Origin: Trueperaceae bacterium | GTDB taxonomy: Bacteria; Deinococcota; Deinococci; Deinococcales; Trueperaceae | Assembly (NCBI GenBank): GCA_965213705.1 | Contig: OZ243913.1 | Coordinates: forward strand, 32,001 to 96,000 | Length of the DNA stretch: 64,000 nucleotides | Reading direction: 5' to 3' | Part shown: positions 9,272-18,648 of the stretch, in pieces | Position numbering within the stretch: position 1 is the stretch's first letter | How the letters are laid out: every line of letters begins with the position of its first letter | The notes under the pieces: generated by a model | Told to the model about the DNA's origin: nothing | Database searches by the model: none | Seen by the model: the letters and a program-made list of their open reading frames with translations, nothing else | Translations under genes and position numbers: made by a program

Positions 9272-10446
9272 AGCGCAGACCTTCTCTCACCTCCCGCACG
9301 GTCACGCGCGCGGCCTTCGGCGTCATCATCGTGTTCGTGCTGGCGCAAGTGGTGTGGTGGATTATTTTTCAGAACCGCTATATTTCCGGGGTCACGTGGG
9401 ACACGCTCGCGGCTTGGCAGCAAGACGCTCGAGCGGCGAACGACGCCTTCAGCGCCATCCCCGACCCCGCCCTCGTTCAGTCGCTGCAAGCGGACTACCC
9501 ACACCTCCTGTTCGACGAAACCACAGGTACATTCAAGCTCAATCCTGAAGTCGTGGCGGCGTTTACCAACAGGCAAAACGGCTTCGTCCGCATGGTCGCC
9601 TTCGAGGGGCCGTTTTTCGTGCTCGTCGTGCTGGGCGGGCTCTACATCATCGCCAAGAGTTTACGCACCGAGCGCGAACTCAAGCGGCGGCAGCAAAACT
9701 TTTTGTCGGCCATCACCCACGAGTTCAAGACGCCGCTCAGCACGCTGCGGCTCCTCGTCGAAACTGTCCTCATGCGGAGTTTGCCGCCGGAGAAACAGCG
9801 GGACTATTTGTCCCGGATGGAAGGCGAGCTGACGCGGCTCGAGAGCACCAGCGAGCAAGTCCTCGCGGCGGCGCGGCTCGAGCAGTCGCGCACAGCCCCG
9901 CTGTTGGAACCCCTGGAAATGAACAGTGTCGTGCAGGGCGTGGTCGGGAGGTTGCGGGCGGGCCTCGAGGCGCGCGGCGCGCGTTTGAGCGTCGTCTACA
10001 GCCCCGAGCCGTTGCCCGTTTCCATCGACAGCAGCGCCTTCGCCGTGGTGCTCGGCAACCTCCTCGACAACGCGGTGAAGTACAGTCCGGGAGCCGAGAA
10101 AACCGTGACGGTGCGGCTGGTGCGCCAACGCGACCTCGTGATGACCCACGTCGAAGACCACGGCGTCGGCATTTCGGAGGGTGAGCGCAAGCGCGTGTTC
10201 GAGCGCTTTTACCGCGTCGGCAGCGAGATGACGCGCCGCTCGACCGGCGTCGGCTTGGGCTTGCACCTGGTTCGCAGCATGACCGAGGCGATGAACGGGT
10301 GGGTAAGGCTCGAGGCCAACACCCCCCAGGGCAGCCGCTTCACCGTCGTGCTGCCGCGCCGCGTCGTGGCGACGGCAGACGAACAAACGGACGAGCGAAC
10401 GGACGAACAAGGGGCGGAAACCTTCACCGTGAGCGGCCGAGCGTGA
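9268..10446 (+). CDS. Sensor histidine kinase (two TM segments, HisKA, HATPase)
   Basis: ITHEFKTPL, NLLDNAVKYS, DHGVGI, FERFYR and GVGLGL. Start overlaps the hemB stop. Confidence 0.93.
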   Translation: MKRRPSLTSRTVTRAAFGVIIVFVLAQVVWWIIFQNRYISGVTWDTLAAWQQDARAANDAFSAIPDPALVQSLQADYPHLLFDETTGTFKLNPEVVAAFTNRQNGFVRMVAFEGPFFVLVVLGGLYIIAKSLRTERELKRRQQNFLSAITHEFKTPLSTLRLLVETVLMRSLPPEKQRDYLSRMEGELTRLESTSEQVLAAARLEQSRTAPLLEPLEMNSVVQGVVGRLRAGLEARGARLSVVYSPEPLPVSIDSSAFAVVLGNLLDNAVKYSPGAEKTVTVRLVRQRDLVMTHVEDHGVGISEGERKRVFERFYRVGSEMTRRSTGVGLGLHLVRSMTEAMNGWVRLEANTPQGSRFTVVLPRRVVATADEQTDERTDEQGAETFTVSGRA

Positions 10447-11204
10447 AGCCGACCGTTCTCATCATCGAAGACGAGGCGCTGCTGGCCGAGGTTTTGGTCG
10501 ACAACTTGGAGGCCGAGGGTTACGCTGTCACGGTCGCGCCGGACGGGCGGGCGGGTTTGGACGTGTGGCAACAGACGCGACCTAACCTCATCGTTTTGGA
10601 CGTGATGCTGCCTTTTATCGACGGCTACGAAGTGTGCCGGACGATGCGGGGTGCGGGCGACACGACGCCGGTTTTGTTCCTGAGCGCCAAGGGCCGGCCC
10701 GACGACCGGGTCGAGGGGCTCGCCGCCGGGGGTGACGACTACCTGCCCAAACCCTTTCACCTCCCCGAGTTTTTGCTGCGCGTGCAGAACATGTTGCGCC
10801 GTCAGGGTTGGGGACAGGATTGGAAACAGCGTTGGGGAGAGGCCGAGAAACAAGTGCCTACAGACTCGAGCTTCGCCTTCGGCGGACACCGGGTAGACTT
10901 TCGCACCTGGACGGCCGCGCTGGCGAGTGGCGCTGAGGAACCTTTGGGCGAGCGCGAACTCGGTATTTTTAGGTTGTTGGCGCACCGCGCGAACGAGGTT
11001 GTGAGCCGCGACGACATCCTGGACGCGGTCTGGGGCGACGACGCCTTCCCGAGCAGCCGCACGGTCGACAACTTCGTGGTTCGACTGCGCAAGCTGTTCG
11101 AGCCCGACCCCGGCCACCCGGTTTACTTTCACACGGTGTGGGGCGTGGGCTATAAATTTACGCCGGAAGGCGCGGGCGAACTGACCCTGAAAAACTCAAC
11201 TTAA
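10443..11204 (+). CDS. OmpR/PhoB-family response regulator
   Basis: IIEDE, LDVMLP, LSAK, KPF and winged helix RTVDNFVVRLRK..TVWGVGYKF. GTG start overlaps the kinase stop. Confidence 0.93.
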   Translation: MKPTVLIIEDEALLAEVLVDNLEAEGYAVTVAPDGRAGLDVWQQTRPNLIVLDVMLPFIDGYEVCRTMRGAGDTTPVLFLSAKGRPDDRVEGLAAGGDDYLPKPFHLPEFLLRVQNMLRRQGWGQDWKQRWGEAEKQVPTDSSFAFGGHRVDFRTWTAALASGAEEPLGERELGIFRLLAHRANEVVSRDDILDAVWGDDAFPSSRTVDNFVVRLRKLFEPDPGHPVYFHTVWGVGYKFTPEGAGELTLKNST

Positions 11205-12115
11205 ACGACGCTCGCTGAACGTTGTCCGCACGAGTCTTGTCCACAGGAGGCCAGGGGCGCGCCGCTCTCGAGCTGCAACGTCGTGTGGACGATTTCGAAC
11301 TCGTCGTGAAGCCCGCGCCGCGCCTGCACGATGAGGGCGTTGTTTTGCACCTCTTCCGGCACGACGAGGTGCGCGGTCAGCGCGGTCTCAGTCGTGCTCA
11401 TCGCCCAAATGTGCAGGTCGTGGACCTCGCTCACGCCGGGCAGGGTTTTCAGGTAGGCTCGCACCGCCTCCGGGTCGATGCCCTCGGGCACAGCGTCGAG
11501 CGACAGCCGCAGCGCGTCGCGGAACAAGCCCCAGGTGCTCCACAGCACCACCGCCACAATGACGAGGCTGATAACCGGGTCGAGCCAAACCGCGCCCGTG
11601 TAAAGGATGACGACTCCGGCGACCAGCACGCCCAGCGTCACGAGGCCGTCCGCCATCATGTGCAAAAACGCGCCGCGGATGTTGAGGTCGTCCTGGCCCT
11701 TGACGAACAGGTACGCCGTACCGAAGTTAACCACCAAGCCGACAAGCGTCACCCAGATAATCGTCGCGCCGGGTACGGGGGCGGGGTCTTGCAAGCGCCC
11801 GACGGCCTCCCACACGACCACGCCCATCGCGCCGAAGAGCAGCAGCGCGTTGAACAGCGAGGCGACGATGGGCGAACGTTTCAAGCCGTAGGTAAAGCGC
11901 TCCGAGGGCGGCCGCAGGGCCAAGCGCGCCCCCGCCCAGGCGATAATGAGGCTCAGCACGTCGCTGGCGTTGTGGCCCGCGTCGGCAATGAGTCCGAGCG
12001 AGCCGACCGACAAGCCCACCGCCGCCTCGACCATCACGTAAAGCGTGTTCAGACCGATGCCGACGGCAAAAGCCCGGCCGAAACTTTTGGGTGCGTGTGA
12101 GTGGTCGTGTGCTAT
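11201..12115 (-). CDS. czcD: Cation diffusion facilitator (CzcD/ZitB-like Zn/Co/Cd exporter); apparent ATA start
   Basis: ADAGHNASD, TYG, DLNIRGAFLHMMAD, VHDLHIW and HTTLQLE. The frame extends upstream of the track's start to ATA-GCA-CAC-GAC-CAC (xAHDHSHAPKSFGRAFAVGIGLN). Confidence 0.88.
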   Translation of the reverse strand: MAHDHSHAPKSFGRAFAVGIGLNTLYVMVEAAVGLSVGSLGLIADAGHNASDVLSLIIAWAGARLALRPPSERFTYGLKRSPIVASLFNALLLFGAMGVVVWEAVGRLQDPAPVPGATIIWVTLVGLVVNFGTAYLFVKGQDDLNIRGAFLHMMADGLVTLGVLVAGVVILYTGAVWLDPVISLVIVAVVLWSTWGLFRDALRLSLDAVPEGIDPEAVRAYLKTLPGVSEVHDLHIWAMSTTETALTAHLVVPEEVQNNALIVQARRGLHDEFEIVHTTLQLESGAPLASCGQDSCGQRSASVV

Positions 12116-12252
12116 GGGTCTTGCCCCCTTCGAAAATGCGACTTGCAGTATAGCCCGCGAGAGGGGGCTGACCTCCTCGAGCCGTCATCTTTTGACTCGC
12201 TTACTCACCTTATGCCGCAGCTATCAGCCTGGAAAATGGGCCGATGAGGTTG

Positions 12253-12312
12253 AGGAAACAGAATGCAGAACGGGTTTGGTCGATTCTCCCTTCTGCACTC
12301 TGTTTCCTTTTT
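12253..12312. terminator. Long hairpin, probable terminator downstream of tetR
   Basis: AGGAAACAGAATGCAGAA...TTCTGCACTCTGTTTCCT followed by a T run. Confidence 0.55.
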
Positions 12313-12359
12313 CTTCCCAGAATCCTCTGTAGAACAACGTGCTCGCGAAAGGTGCGTCA

Positions 12360-12953
12360 TCACTTGAGCCCCAGTGCTCCCAAAACGCTCGGTCTGATCA
12401 ACTTGTAAAACATCCTCGCCATCTCGTGTGGCGGGGTTTTCATGTCGTCCTCGAGCCAACCCGTGAGAACCGACAGCATCGCTCCGGCGACGAAGTCGGC
12501 TATGACGTTGGGCGGCACGGACGGTTTGACGCCGATGGTCTGAATCGCCTGGTGCGCGGTTTGCGACGCATAAAACCTCAAGCGTTGCAGCATGAGACCG
12601 CCGCCCTGGCCGTTCAGGACGACCCTGAAGAGGGCCGGGTCGCGCTGCACGACCTCGAACACGACCAGCGCGGGGTGCGGCGCGCCGCGCAGGAGGTCTT
12701 GGCTGGAGAATCCCTTGACCTCCTCGAGAATCCCCTCCACCAACGCATCGAACGAACTCAACAACAGGGCGTCTTTGTCGTCGAAATGCAAGTAAAAAGT
12801 CGCTCTCGCCACATCGGCCCGCTCGGTGATTTCGGTAACGGTGATGCTCTCGTAATTCTTTTCTAAAATCAGCGCCATCAGCGCGTCGAACAAGCGCCCC
12901 TGCGACCGCCGCACCCGCCGGTCCTTGGGGGTGGAACGTTCAGAAGTAGACAT
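12360..12953 (-). CDS. TetR/AcrR-family regulator
   Basis: DRRVRRS and ITVTEITERADVARATFYLHFDDK HTH. Divergent from the monooxygenase, with an AGACA-AC-TGTCT palindrome at 13046-13057 between them. Confidence 0.92.
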   Translation of the reverse strand: MSTSERSTPKDRRVRRSQGRLFDALMALILEKNYESITVTEITERADVARATFYLHFDDKDALLLSSFDALVEGILEEVKGFSSQDLLRGAPHPALVVFEVVQRDPALFRVVLNGQGGGLMLQRLRFYASQTAHQAIQTIGVKPSVPPNVIADFVAGAMLSVLTGWLEDDMKTPPHEMARMFYKLIRPSVLGALGLK

Positions 12954-13092
12954 ACACACCCTTCTGTCCAGTAGTAGACGTTTTCGCCCGGTTGTTCTTG
13001 ACGGGCCTTCCTTGCAGCCCCTACATTAACAGTGTGACCAATAGAAGACAACTGTCTATAAACTGACGCTCGTTTGCGAAAGGGGTTGGACC

Positions 13093-14769
13093 ATGACCGG
13101 AAAAGGAACAGGAACTCTTACAGAGACGGACGTGCTCATCGTCGGAGCCGGTCCTACCGGCCTTACCGCCGCTACACTTTTGGCCCGCTACGGGGTGAAG
13201 TTTCGCATCATCGACAAAAACGCTGCGGCGGCTGAGAAGTCCAGGGCGCTGGGTGTGCAGGCGCGCACCCTGGAGCTGTGGGACAAGCTCGGTTTGGCTG
13301 AAGGTGCAGTGGCGCGCGGGCAAGCCCTGCAAGCCCTCAACCTCATTACGAAAGGCACGGTTGATGAAGGCGGTAGGCCGTTTATAGCGTTGGGGCGCGA
13401 CGGGAAGGACATCTCGCCCTACCCCTACCTGCTCATCCACGAGCAGAACAAGACCGAAAAGATGCTCTTAGCCGACTTAGCCGCTCAAATCGGACCAAAG
13501 GGTGCCTACGGCGTCGAGCGGGGTACCGAAATCGTGGGCCTTGTGCCTGCCGAAGACAAGGTGACGGTCGTCTTGCGCCACGAGGACGAACAGCGAGAGA
13601 CTGTAGAAGCGAAGTGGCTGATTGCCGCCGACGGCGCGAGCAGCTTTGTACGCAAGACGCTGGCCTTAGAGTTTGACGGCGCGACCTACGCCGACCCGCT
13701 GTTCGTGGCCGACGTGGACCTCGAGTGGCCCCTGTCACGCGACAAGTTTTACGCCCAGGTGCCGCGCCAGGGAATGCTGACCTTTTTTCCGATGCGCGGG
13801 GACGGCTACTCAGACAACCAGTACCGCATCATCGCGCGTATTCCAAGAGAGTTGGAGAGCAAAGACGAGCTTACGGGTGAGGACATCCAACAAATCTTAG
13901 ACAAGCACAGCGTCGTGAGAGCGAAAATTACCGCCACGCGCTGGGTGTCCAAGTACCGCATCCACCGCCGCATGACCAGGGCGTTTCGTGTCGGGCGTGT
14001 TTTTTTAGCGGGCGACGCGGCGCACATCCACAGTCCAGCCGGAGGTCAAGGGATGAACACGGGCATTCAAGACGCCTGGAAACTCGCCTGGAAACTCGCG
14101 CTCGTGGTGAAGGGTCAAGCGGCTGAAGAACTTTTGGAGAGCTACGAACTCGAGCGTATCCCCGTCGCTAAAGCCGTGCTGAACGGCTCGGACAAAGGCT
14201 TTTCTTTCATCGGCTCACCGAACTACGTTTTTCACCTGCTCCGCAGTGCCCTCCTGCCGCGCCTCACCAGCCTCGCTTCACGCGAAAGTGTTGGCAAGGG
14301 CATCTTCAAGTTTCTCTCGCAGACCTGGATTAACTACCGCAAGAGTCCGGCAGTGGGCAGCGACAAGGGCGCCAAACGGGTCAAGCCCGGCGACCGTGCG
14401 CCCTACGCACGCTTCACCTTGGGTGAGAGCGTCTATTCGCTGCTGCACGGCGTAGACCACCACCTGCTGCTCTTTGCAGGCCGGGGTGCTGACGTGGAGG
14501 CGGAGCGTGCGCGGGCCGAGGCGCAGCTGAACGACTACGGCGTCACAACGCGAGTACACGTTGTCGGCGCTAAAGAGACTGCTTTGCGCGAGGCGTACGG
14601 CGTGGACGAGCCCAGTGCGTTTCTGGTGCGTCCCGACGGACACGTCGCGTGGCGCGGCGCTGTGAGCTTGGATGACTTGGCATCTTACATGGACAGGTTT
14701 TACACACGTTGTACCGAAGCCGAGCAAAAGACAGCGCCCGCGCAGCCGAAGTTTGAGGTCGCCGTCTGA
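13093..14769 (+). CDS. FAD-dependent monooxygenase (PheA/TfdB class A flavoprotein)
   Basis: GAGPTG, ADGASS, GRVFLAGDAAHIHSPAGGQGMNTGIQDA and C-terminal LVRPDGHVAWR. Confidence 0.92.
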   Translation: MTGKGTGTLTETDVLIVGAGPTGLTAATLLARYGVKFRIIDKNAAAAEKSRALGVQARTLELWDKLGLAEGAVARGQALQALNLITKGTVDEGGRPFIALGRDGKDISPYPYLLIHEQNKTEKMLLADLAAQIGPKGAYGVERGTEIVGLVPAEDKVTVVLRHEDEQRETVEAKWLIAADGASSFVRKTLALEFDGATYADPLFVADVDLEWPLSRDKFYAQVPRQGMLTFFPMRGDGYSDNQYRIIARIPRELESKDELTGEDIQQILDKHSVVRAKITATRWVSKYRIHRRMTRAFRVGRVFLAGDAAHIHSPAGGQGMNTGIQDAWKLAWKLALVVKGQAAEELLESYELERIPVAKAVLNGSDKGFSFIGSPNYVFHLLRSALLPRLTSLASRESVGKGIFKFLSQTWINYRKSPAVGSDKGAKRVKPGDRAPYARFTLGESVYSLLHGVDHHLLLFAGRGADVEAERARAEAQLNDYGVTTRVHVVGAKETALREAYGVDEPSAFLVRPDGHVAWRGAVSLDDLASYMDRFYTRCTEAEQKTAPAQPKFEVAV

Positions 14770-14985
14770 ATTTCGAGGGGCTTCAAGATTCCAAACCTTT
14801 CAAGCTCGAGCCCAGAAAGGACGTACCGTGTTAAGACAACTCGTCAGAATGATTACAGGCGGTGACGGCGAAGCCGGGGGGCCGTGCGTGGGCGTCTTCC
14901 CCGCCAATGCAAGCCAGGGCTTCGTGGTACGTGAAAAGCTTGTGATATAGTGGCGCGTTGCGTACCACACGCTCGGAGGCCTCTC

Positions 14986-16266
14986 TTGTCAGATTCTCAG
15001 ACGTCAGACCCAATCCGCCAGCGCACCGTCTCGAGAACCACTCTGGGCGTCGTTGAAAAACCCAGTCCCGCCCGCGTCGACGACGTGTTCGCAAAAGCGT
15101 TCAACTTCACCCGCGCCGACGAGGCGGTGGCGGCAGGGATGCACCCCTACTTCAAACCTATCGCCTCGCAAAACGGCGGCACGGTCGTGGTGGGTGGTCG
15201 CGAAATGATCATCACCGGCTCGAACGACTACCTGGGTTTGACCCAGGACGGTCGCTTGAAAGAGTCCTCACGGCGCGCGCTCGACGACTTCGGGACGAGC
15301 TGCACGGGCTCGCGCTTTTTGACGGGCACCTTGACGTTTCACGACGACTTGGAACTGCGCCTCGCCAAGTTTTTGCAAAAGGAAACCGCGCTGACCTTCA
15401 GCGCCGGGTTTTTGGGCTGCTTGTCTGTCGTGAGCGTGCTGGCGGGTCGCCACGATATTTTGTACTTCGACCGCGAGAACCACGCCTGTCTTTACGACGG
15501 CGCGCGACTGTCGTTCGCCGCGCTGCGCAAGTACGAGCACAACGACGTCGCGGACTTAGAACGGCTGCTCGAGAAAGACAAAGATAAACCCGGCGGCCGG
15601 TTAATTGTCACCGACGGCGTGTTTTCGATGAGCGGACACATCGCCAAGTTACCGGAACTTGTCAAAGTCGCCCGCAAGTACGGCGCGCGAATTATCGTCG
15701 ACGACGCGCACGCGACCGGCGTTTTGGGCAAACACGGCCGCGGCAGCGCCGAGCACTTCGGGTTGAACGAAGAAGTCGACGTCATCGTCGGCACCTTTTC
15801 GAAGTCGTTCGCCTCGGTCGGCGGCTTTATGGCCGGGCCGCGCGAAGTGGTGAACTACGTCAAGCACAAGGCGCGGCCGTTTATTTTCACGGCGGCCTTG
15901 CCCGCCATGCAGATGGCGGCGGCCCTGAAAGCCTTAGACATCATGGAGACCGAGCCGCAGCACCGCGACCAGTTGTGGCGCAACGTGCGGCACTACCACC
16001 GGGGCATGAACGCTCTCGGCTTCGACACGCTGGGCACGCAAACACCAATCGTCCCCGTCGTCATCGGCGACGACGACATGACGCTGCTGTTCTGGCGCGA
16101 ACTGTGGGAAGAGGGCATTTTCACCACGCCGTCGGTGCCGCCCGCGGTGCCGCTGGGACAGAGCATCATCCGCACCTCGGTCAACGCCAACCACGAACCC
16201 CAGCACATCGACGGCATTTTGAGCGCGTTCGAGAAGGTCGGGAAGCGTCTGGGCGTCATCGGCTAG
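14986..16266 (+). CDS. spt: Serine palmitoyltransferase-like alpha-oxoamine synthase (PLP class II)
   Basis: GSNDYLGL, GTSCTGSRFLTGT, DRENHA, DGVFSMSG, DDAH, PLP lysine in GTFSKSFASVGG, RPFIFTA and PPAVP..IIRTS. TTG start chosen from the GGAGG RBS. Confidence 0.8.
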   Translation: MSDSQTSDPIRQRTVSRTTLGVVEKPSPARVDDVFAKAFNFTRADEAVAAGMHPYFKPIASQNGGTVVVGGREMIITGSNDYLGLTQDGRLKESSRRALDDFGTSCTGSRFLTGTLTFHDDLELRLAKFLQKETALTFSAGFLGCLSVVSVLAGRHDILYFDRENHACLYDGARLSFAALRKYEHNDVADLERLLEKDKDKPGGRLIVTDGVFSMSGHIAKLPELVKVARKYGARIIVDDAHATGVLGKHGRGSAEHFGLNEEVDVIVGTFSKSFASVGGFMAGPREVVNYVKHKARPFIFTAALPAMQMAAALKALDIMETEPQHRDQLWRNVRHYHRGMNALGFDTLGTQTPIVPVVIGDDDMTLLFWRELWEEGIFTTPSVPPAVPLGQSIIRTSVNANHEPQHIDGILSAFEKVGKRLGVIG

Positions 16267-16278
16267 CCCGGCCGTCTT

Positions 16279-17388
16279 ATGCTCGCCGTCCGTCCCGTCA
16301 AGGCCAAAGCCGACTTAATCAGGTTCATCGAGTACCCGTACCGAAAGTACCGCACCGACCCCCATTGGGTGCCGCCCTTACGCATGAGCGAGCGCGAGCG
16401 CTTCGACGAGAAGAAAAACCCGTTTTTCGAGCACGGCTGCATGGAGCTGTTTTTAGCTGAGCGTGACGGTCACGTCGTGGGGCGCGTCGCGGGCATCGAC
16501 GACGACCTTCACAACGAGACGCACGGTGACAACACGGCTTTTTTCGGCTTTTTCGAGGCGGAGGACGCGGGGGTGGCTCGAGCCCTCTTAACACAAGTCG
16601 AAACCTGGGCCGCAAGCTTGTCGCGCAGCGCCCTACGCGGCCCCACCAACCCCACCATGAACGACGGCGCGGGCTTTCAAATCAACGCCTTCGACACCGA
16701 CCCCTACGTCATGATGCCCTACAACCCGCCCGAGTACCCGGCTTTTGTCGAGGCGGCGGGCTACCGCAAAATCAAAGACCTCTACGCCTGGTACTTGGGC
16801 TCCGACGTGGGTCCGAGCGAGCGGCTGCTGCGCCTCGCCGACCGCGCCGCGAAACGGTACAGCTTTACGATTCGCCCCGTGCAGATGAAACATTTCGACA
16901 AAGAGGTCGAGCGCGTGCTCGGTTTTTACAACGACGTCTGGGAAAAGAACTGGGGCCAGACGAAGTACACGCCCAAGGAAGCCGAAATCCTCGCCAAAGA
17001 ACTTAAACTTATCGTCGACCCCGAAATGGTGCTGATGTTGGAAATAGAGGGCGAGCTGGCGGGCGTCGCGGTGGGCTTTCCCAACGCCAACCAGCTGTTC
17101 AAAAAAATGAACGGACGACTCTTGCCCTTCGGTATATTTTACGCGCTGCGAGCTAAAAAAATCATGAACGAGATGCGCCTGCCGATTTTGGGCGTCAGGC
17201 CCGAGTACCGCAACAAGGGTTTGGAGCTGGCCCTCATCGCCGAGTTTTGCCGCCGGGGCATCGCGCGGGGCTACACCGGGGCCGAGTGCTCGTGGATTTT
17301 GGAGGACAACGAAGCCATGAACAAGGGCATCGCCGCGGCGGGCGCGGAGCTTTACAAGACGTACCGGCTTTATCAGAAAGAGCTATGA
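16279..17388 (+). CDS. Tandem-GNAT acyltransferase resembling bacterial ceramide synthase (bCerS)
   Basis: FIEYPY..Y..DPHWVPPL, NPFFEH, GRVAGI, FFGFFE, PYNPPEY, WEKNWG, LGVRPEYRNKG and ECSWILEDN..M. Starts 12 nt after spt. Confidence 0.78.
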   Translation: MLAVRPVKAKADLIRFIEYPYRKYRTDPHWVPPLRMSERERFDEKKNPFFEHGCMELFLAERDGHVVGRVAGIDDDLHNETHGDNTAFFGFFEAEDAGVARALLTQVETWAASLSRSALRGPTNPTMNDGAGFQINAFDTDPYVMMPYNPPEYPAFVEAAGYRKIKDLYAWYLGSDVGPSERLLRLADRAAKRYSFTIRPVQMKHFDKEVERVLGFYNDVWEKNWGQTKYTPKEAEILAKELKLIVDPEMVLMLEIEGELAGVAVGFPNANQLFKKMNGRLLPFGIFYALRAKKIMNEMRLPILGVRPEYRNKGLELALIAEFCRRGIARGYTGAECSWILEDNEAMNKGIAAAGAELYKTYRLYQKEL

Positions 17389-17500
17389 CAGGAGGAAGGA
17401 GAAAGGAGAAAGGAGAAAGTGAAGTCACAAACTTTTTCCCCTCTGCTTCTCGGCTCCCCTGCTCCTCCGCCCTGCTACTTGAAGGTGCAGCGACTCAGCT

Positions 17501-18448
17501 GTGAAGCCCCGCGTTCTCCTTACCGGCGCGTCGGGGTTTGTGGGCAGCCACGTCGCCCACAGCTTGGTCGAGGCGGGCTACGCGCTGCGCTGCGGCTTGC
17601 GGCCGACGAGCGCGCGGCGCTGGCTGGAGGGGCTGGACTACGAGCCGGTTTCGCTCGACTTGCAAGACTTAGGCGGGCTCGAGCGCGCCTGCGGCCGCGT
17701 CGACTTAGTCGTCCACGCGGCCGGGGTCACGCGGGCCAAGGACGACGCGACCTTTTTTCGGGTCAACACCGAGGGCACCCTGAACTTGGCGCGGGCGGCG
17801 CAGCGCGCGGGCGTGAGCCGGTTCGTTTTTGTGAGCAGTTTAGAAGCGCGCGGGCCGGACCATGCGAGCGGGCCGGACAGCCCTTACGGACACAGTAAAC
17901 TGGACGCCGAAGGTGGGTTGCGGGCGTTTGGTGAGGGCCTCGAGGTCGTCGTACTGCGACCGGCCGGAGTCTACGGGCCGCGCGACACCGACTTGCTGCC
18001 CCTGTTCAAACTGGCAAAGCTAGGTTATTTGCCCGCCCCCGCGGGCGGCGGCGTGTTGCAACCGGTTCACGCCCACGACGTGGCCGGGGCGGTGATAGCC
18101 GCGGCTTCACGCGCCGCGCGTTTCGGGCCGTTTCCGGTCGCCGAACCGCGCAGCTACACTTGGCCGGAAGTGGGGCAAGGTTTAGAAGCGGCGTTGGGGC
18201 GCAAGGTGAGGACGATAAAGGTGCCTCCGGCTGTTTTTTTGACGGCGGGGTACGGGTTGGAAAGCGTCGCCAAACTGCTCGGCCGGACGCCTCAACTCGA
18301 CAGCCGCCGGGCGCGCGCTCTCGCCGTCCACACCTACACCTGCGACGTGTTGACAACGCAGCGCGACCTCGCCTGGCAACCGCGCTACCCCTTGAGCGCA
18401 GGTCTGGCGCAAACAGCGCGGTGGTACGAACAAAAAAGCTGGCTCTAA
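17501..18448 (+). CDS. NAD(P)-dependent epimerase/dehydratase-family reductase, candidate ceramide reductase (CerR-like)
   Basis: TGASGFVG, VVHAAG, VNTEGT, VSSL, YGHSK (YxxxK) and RPAGVYGPRD. Third gene of the spt operon. Confidence 0.72.
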   Translation: MKPRVLLTGASGFVGSHVAHSLVEAGYALRCGLRPTSARRWLEGLDYEPVSLDLQDLGGLERACGRVDLVVHAAGVTRAKDDATFFRVNTEGTLNLARAAQRAGVSRFVFVSSLEARGPDHASGPDSPYGHSKLDAEGGLRAFGEGLEVVVLRPAGVYGPRDTDLLPLFKLAKLGYLPAPAGGGVLQPVHAHDVAGAVIAAASRAARFGPFPVAEPRSYTWPEVGQGLEAALGRKVRTIKVPPAVFLTAGYGLESVAKLLGRTPQLDSRRARALAVHTYTCDVLTTQRDLAWQPRYPLSAGLAQTARWYEQKSWL

Positions 18449-18648
18449 AAAAGTTGGTGTGGGTGGGGACGGGCTTCATACCGATGGTAGTAACAAAACG
18501 GCGGCAAAACCGCGGTGACAAGGGCGCCTGTACCCAGGCTGGGTGCGCCAAACAAACGAGTTTTCGAGACGGAAACGGTGATAAACTCGCTCTAGGCCGG
18601 GGAAGAGCGGGGCGCTGAGCCCACGCCTACCGGTACGGTAGGGAAGCT

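Noticed and set aside
14986..16266. Annotation as bioF or kbl
   Set aside because: GTFSKS and the adjacent bCerS-like and CerR-like genes fit Spt better, and no biotin or tdh genes are nearby. Not formally excluded without a phylogeny.
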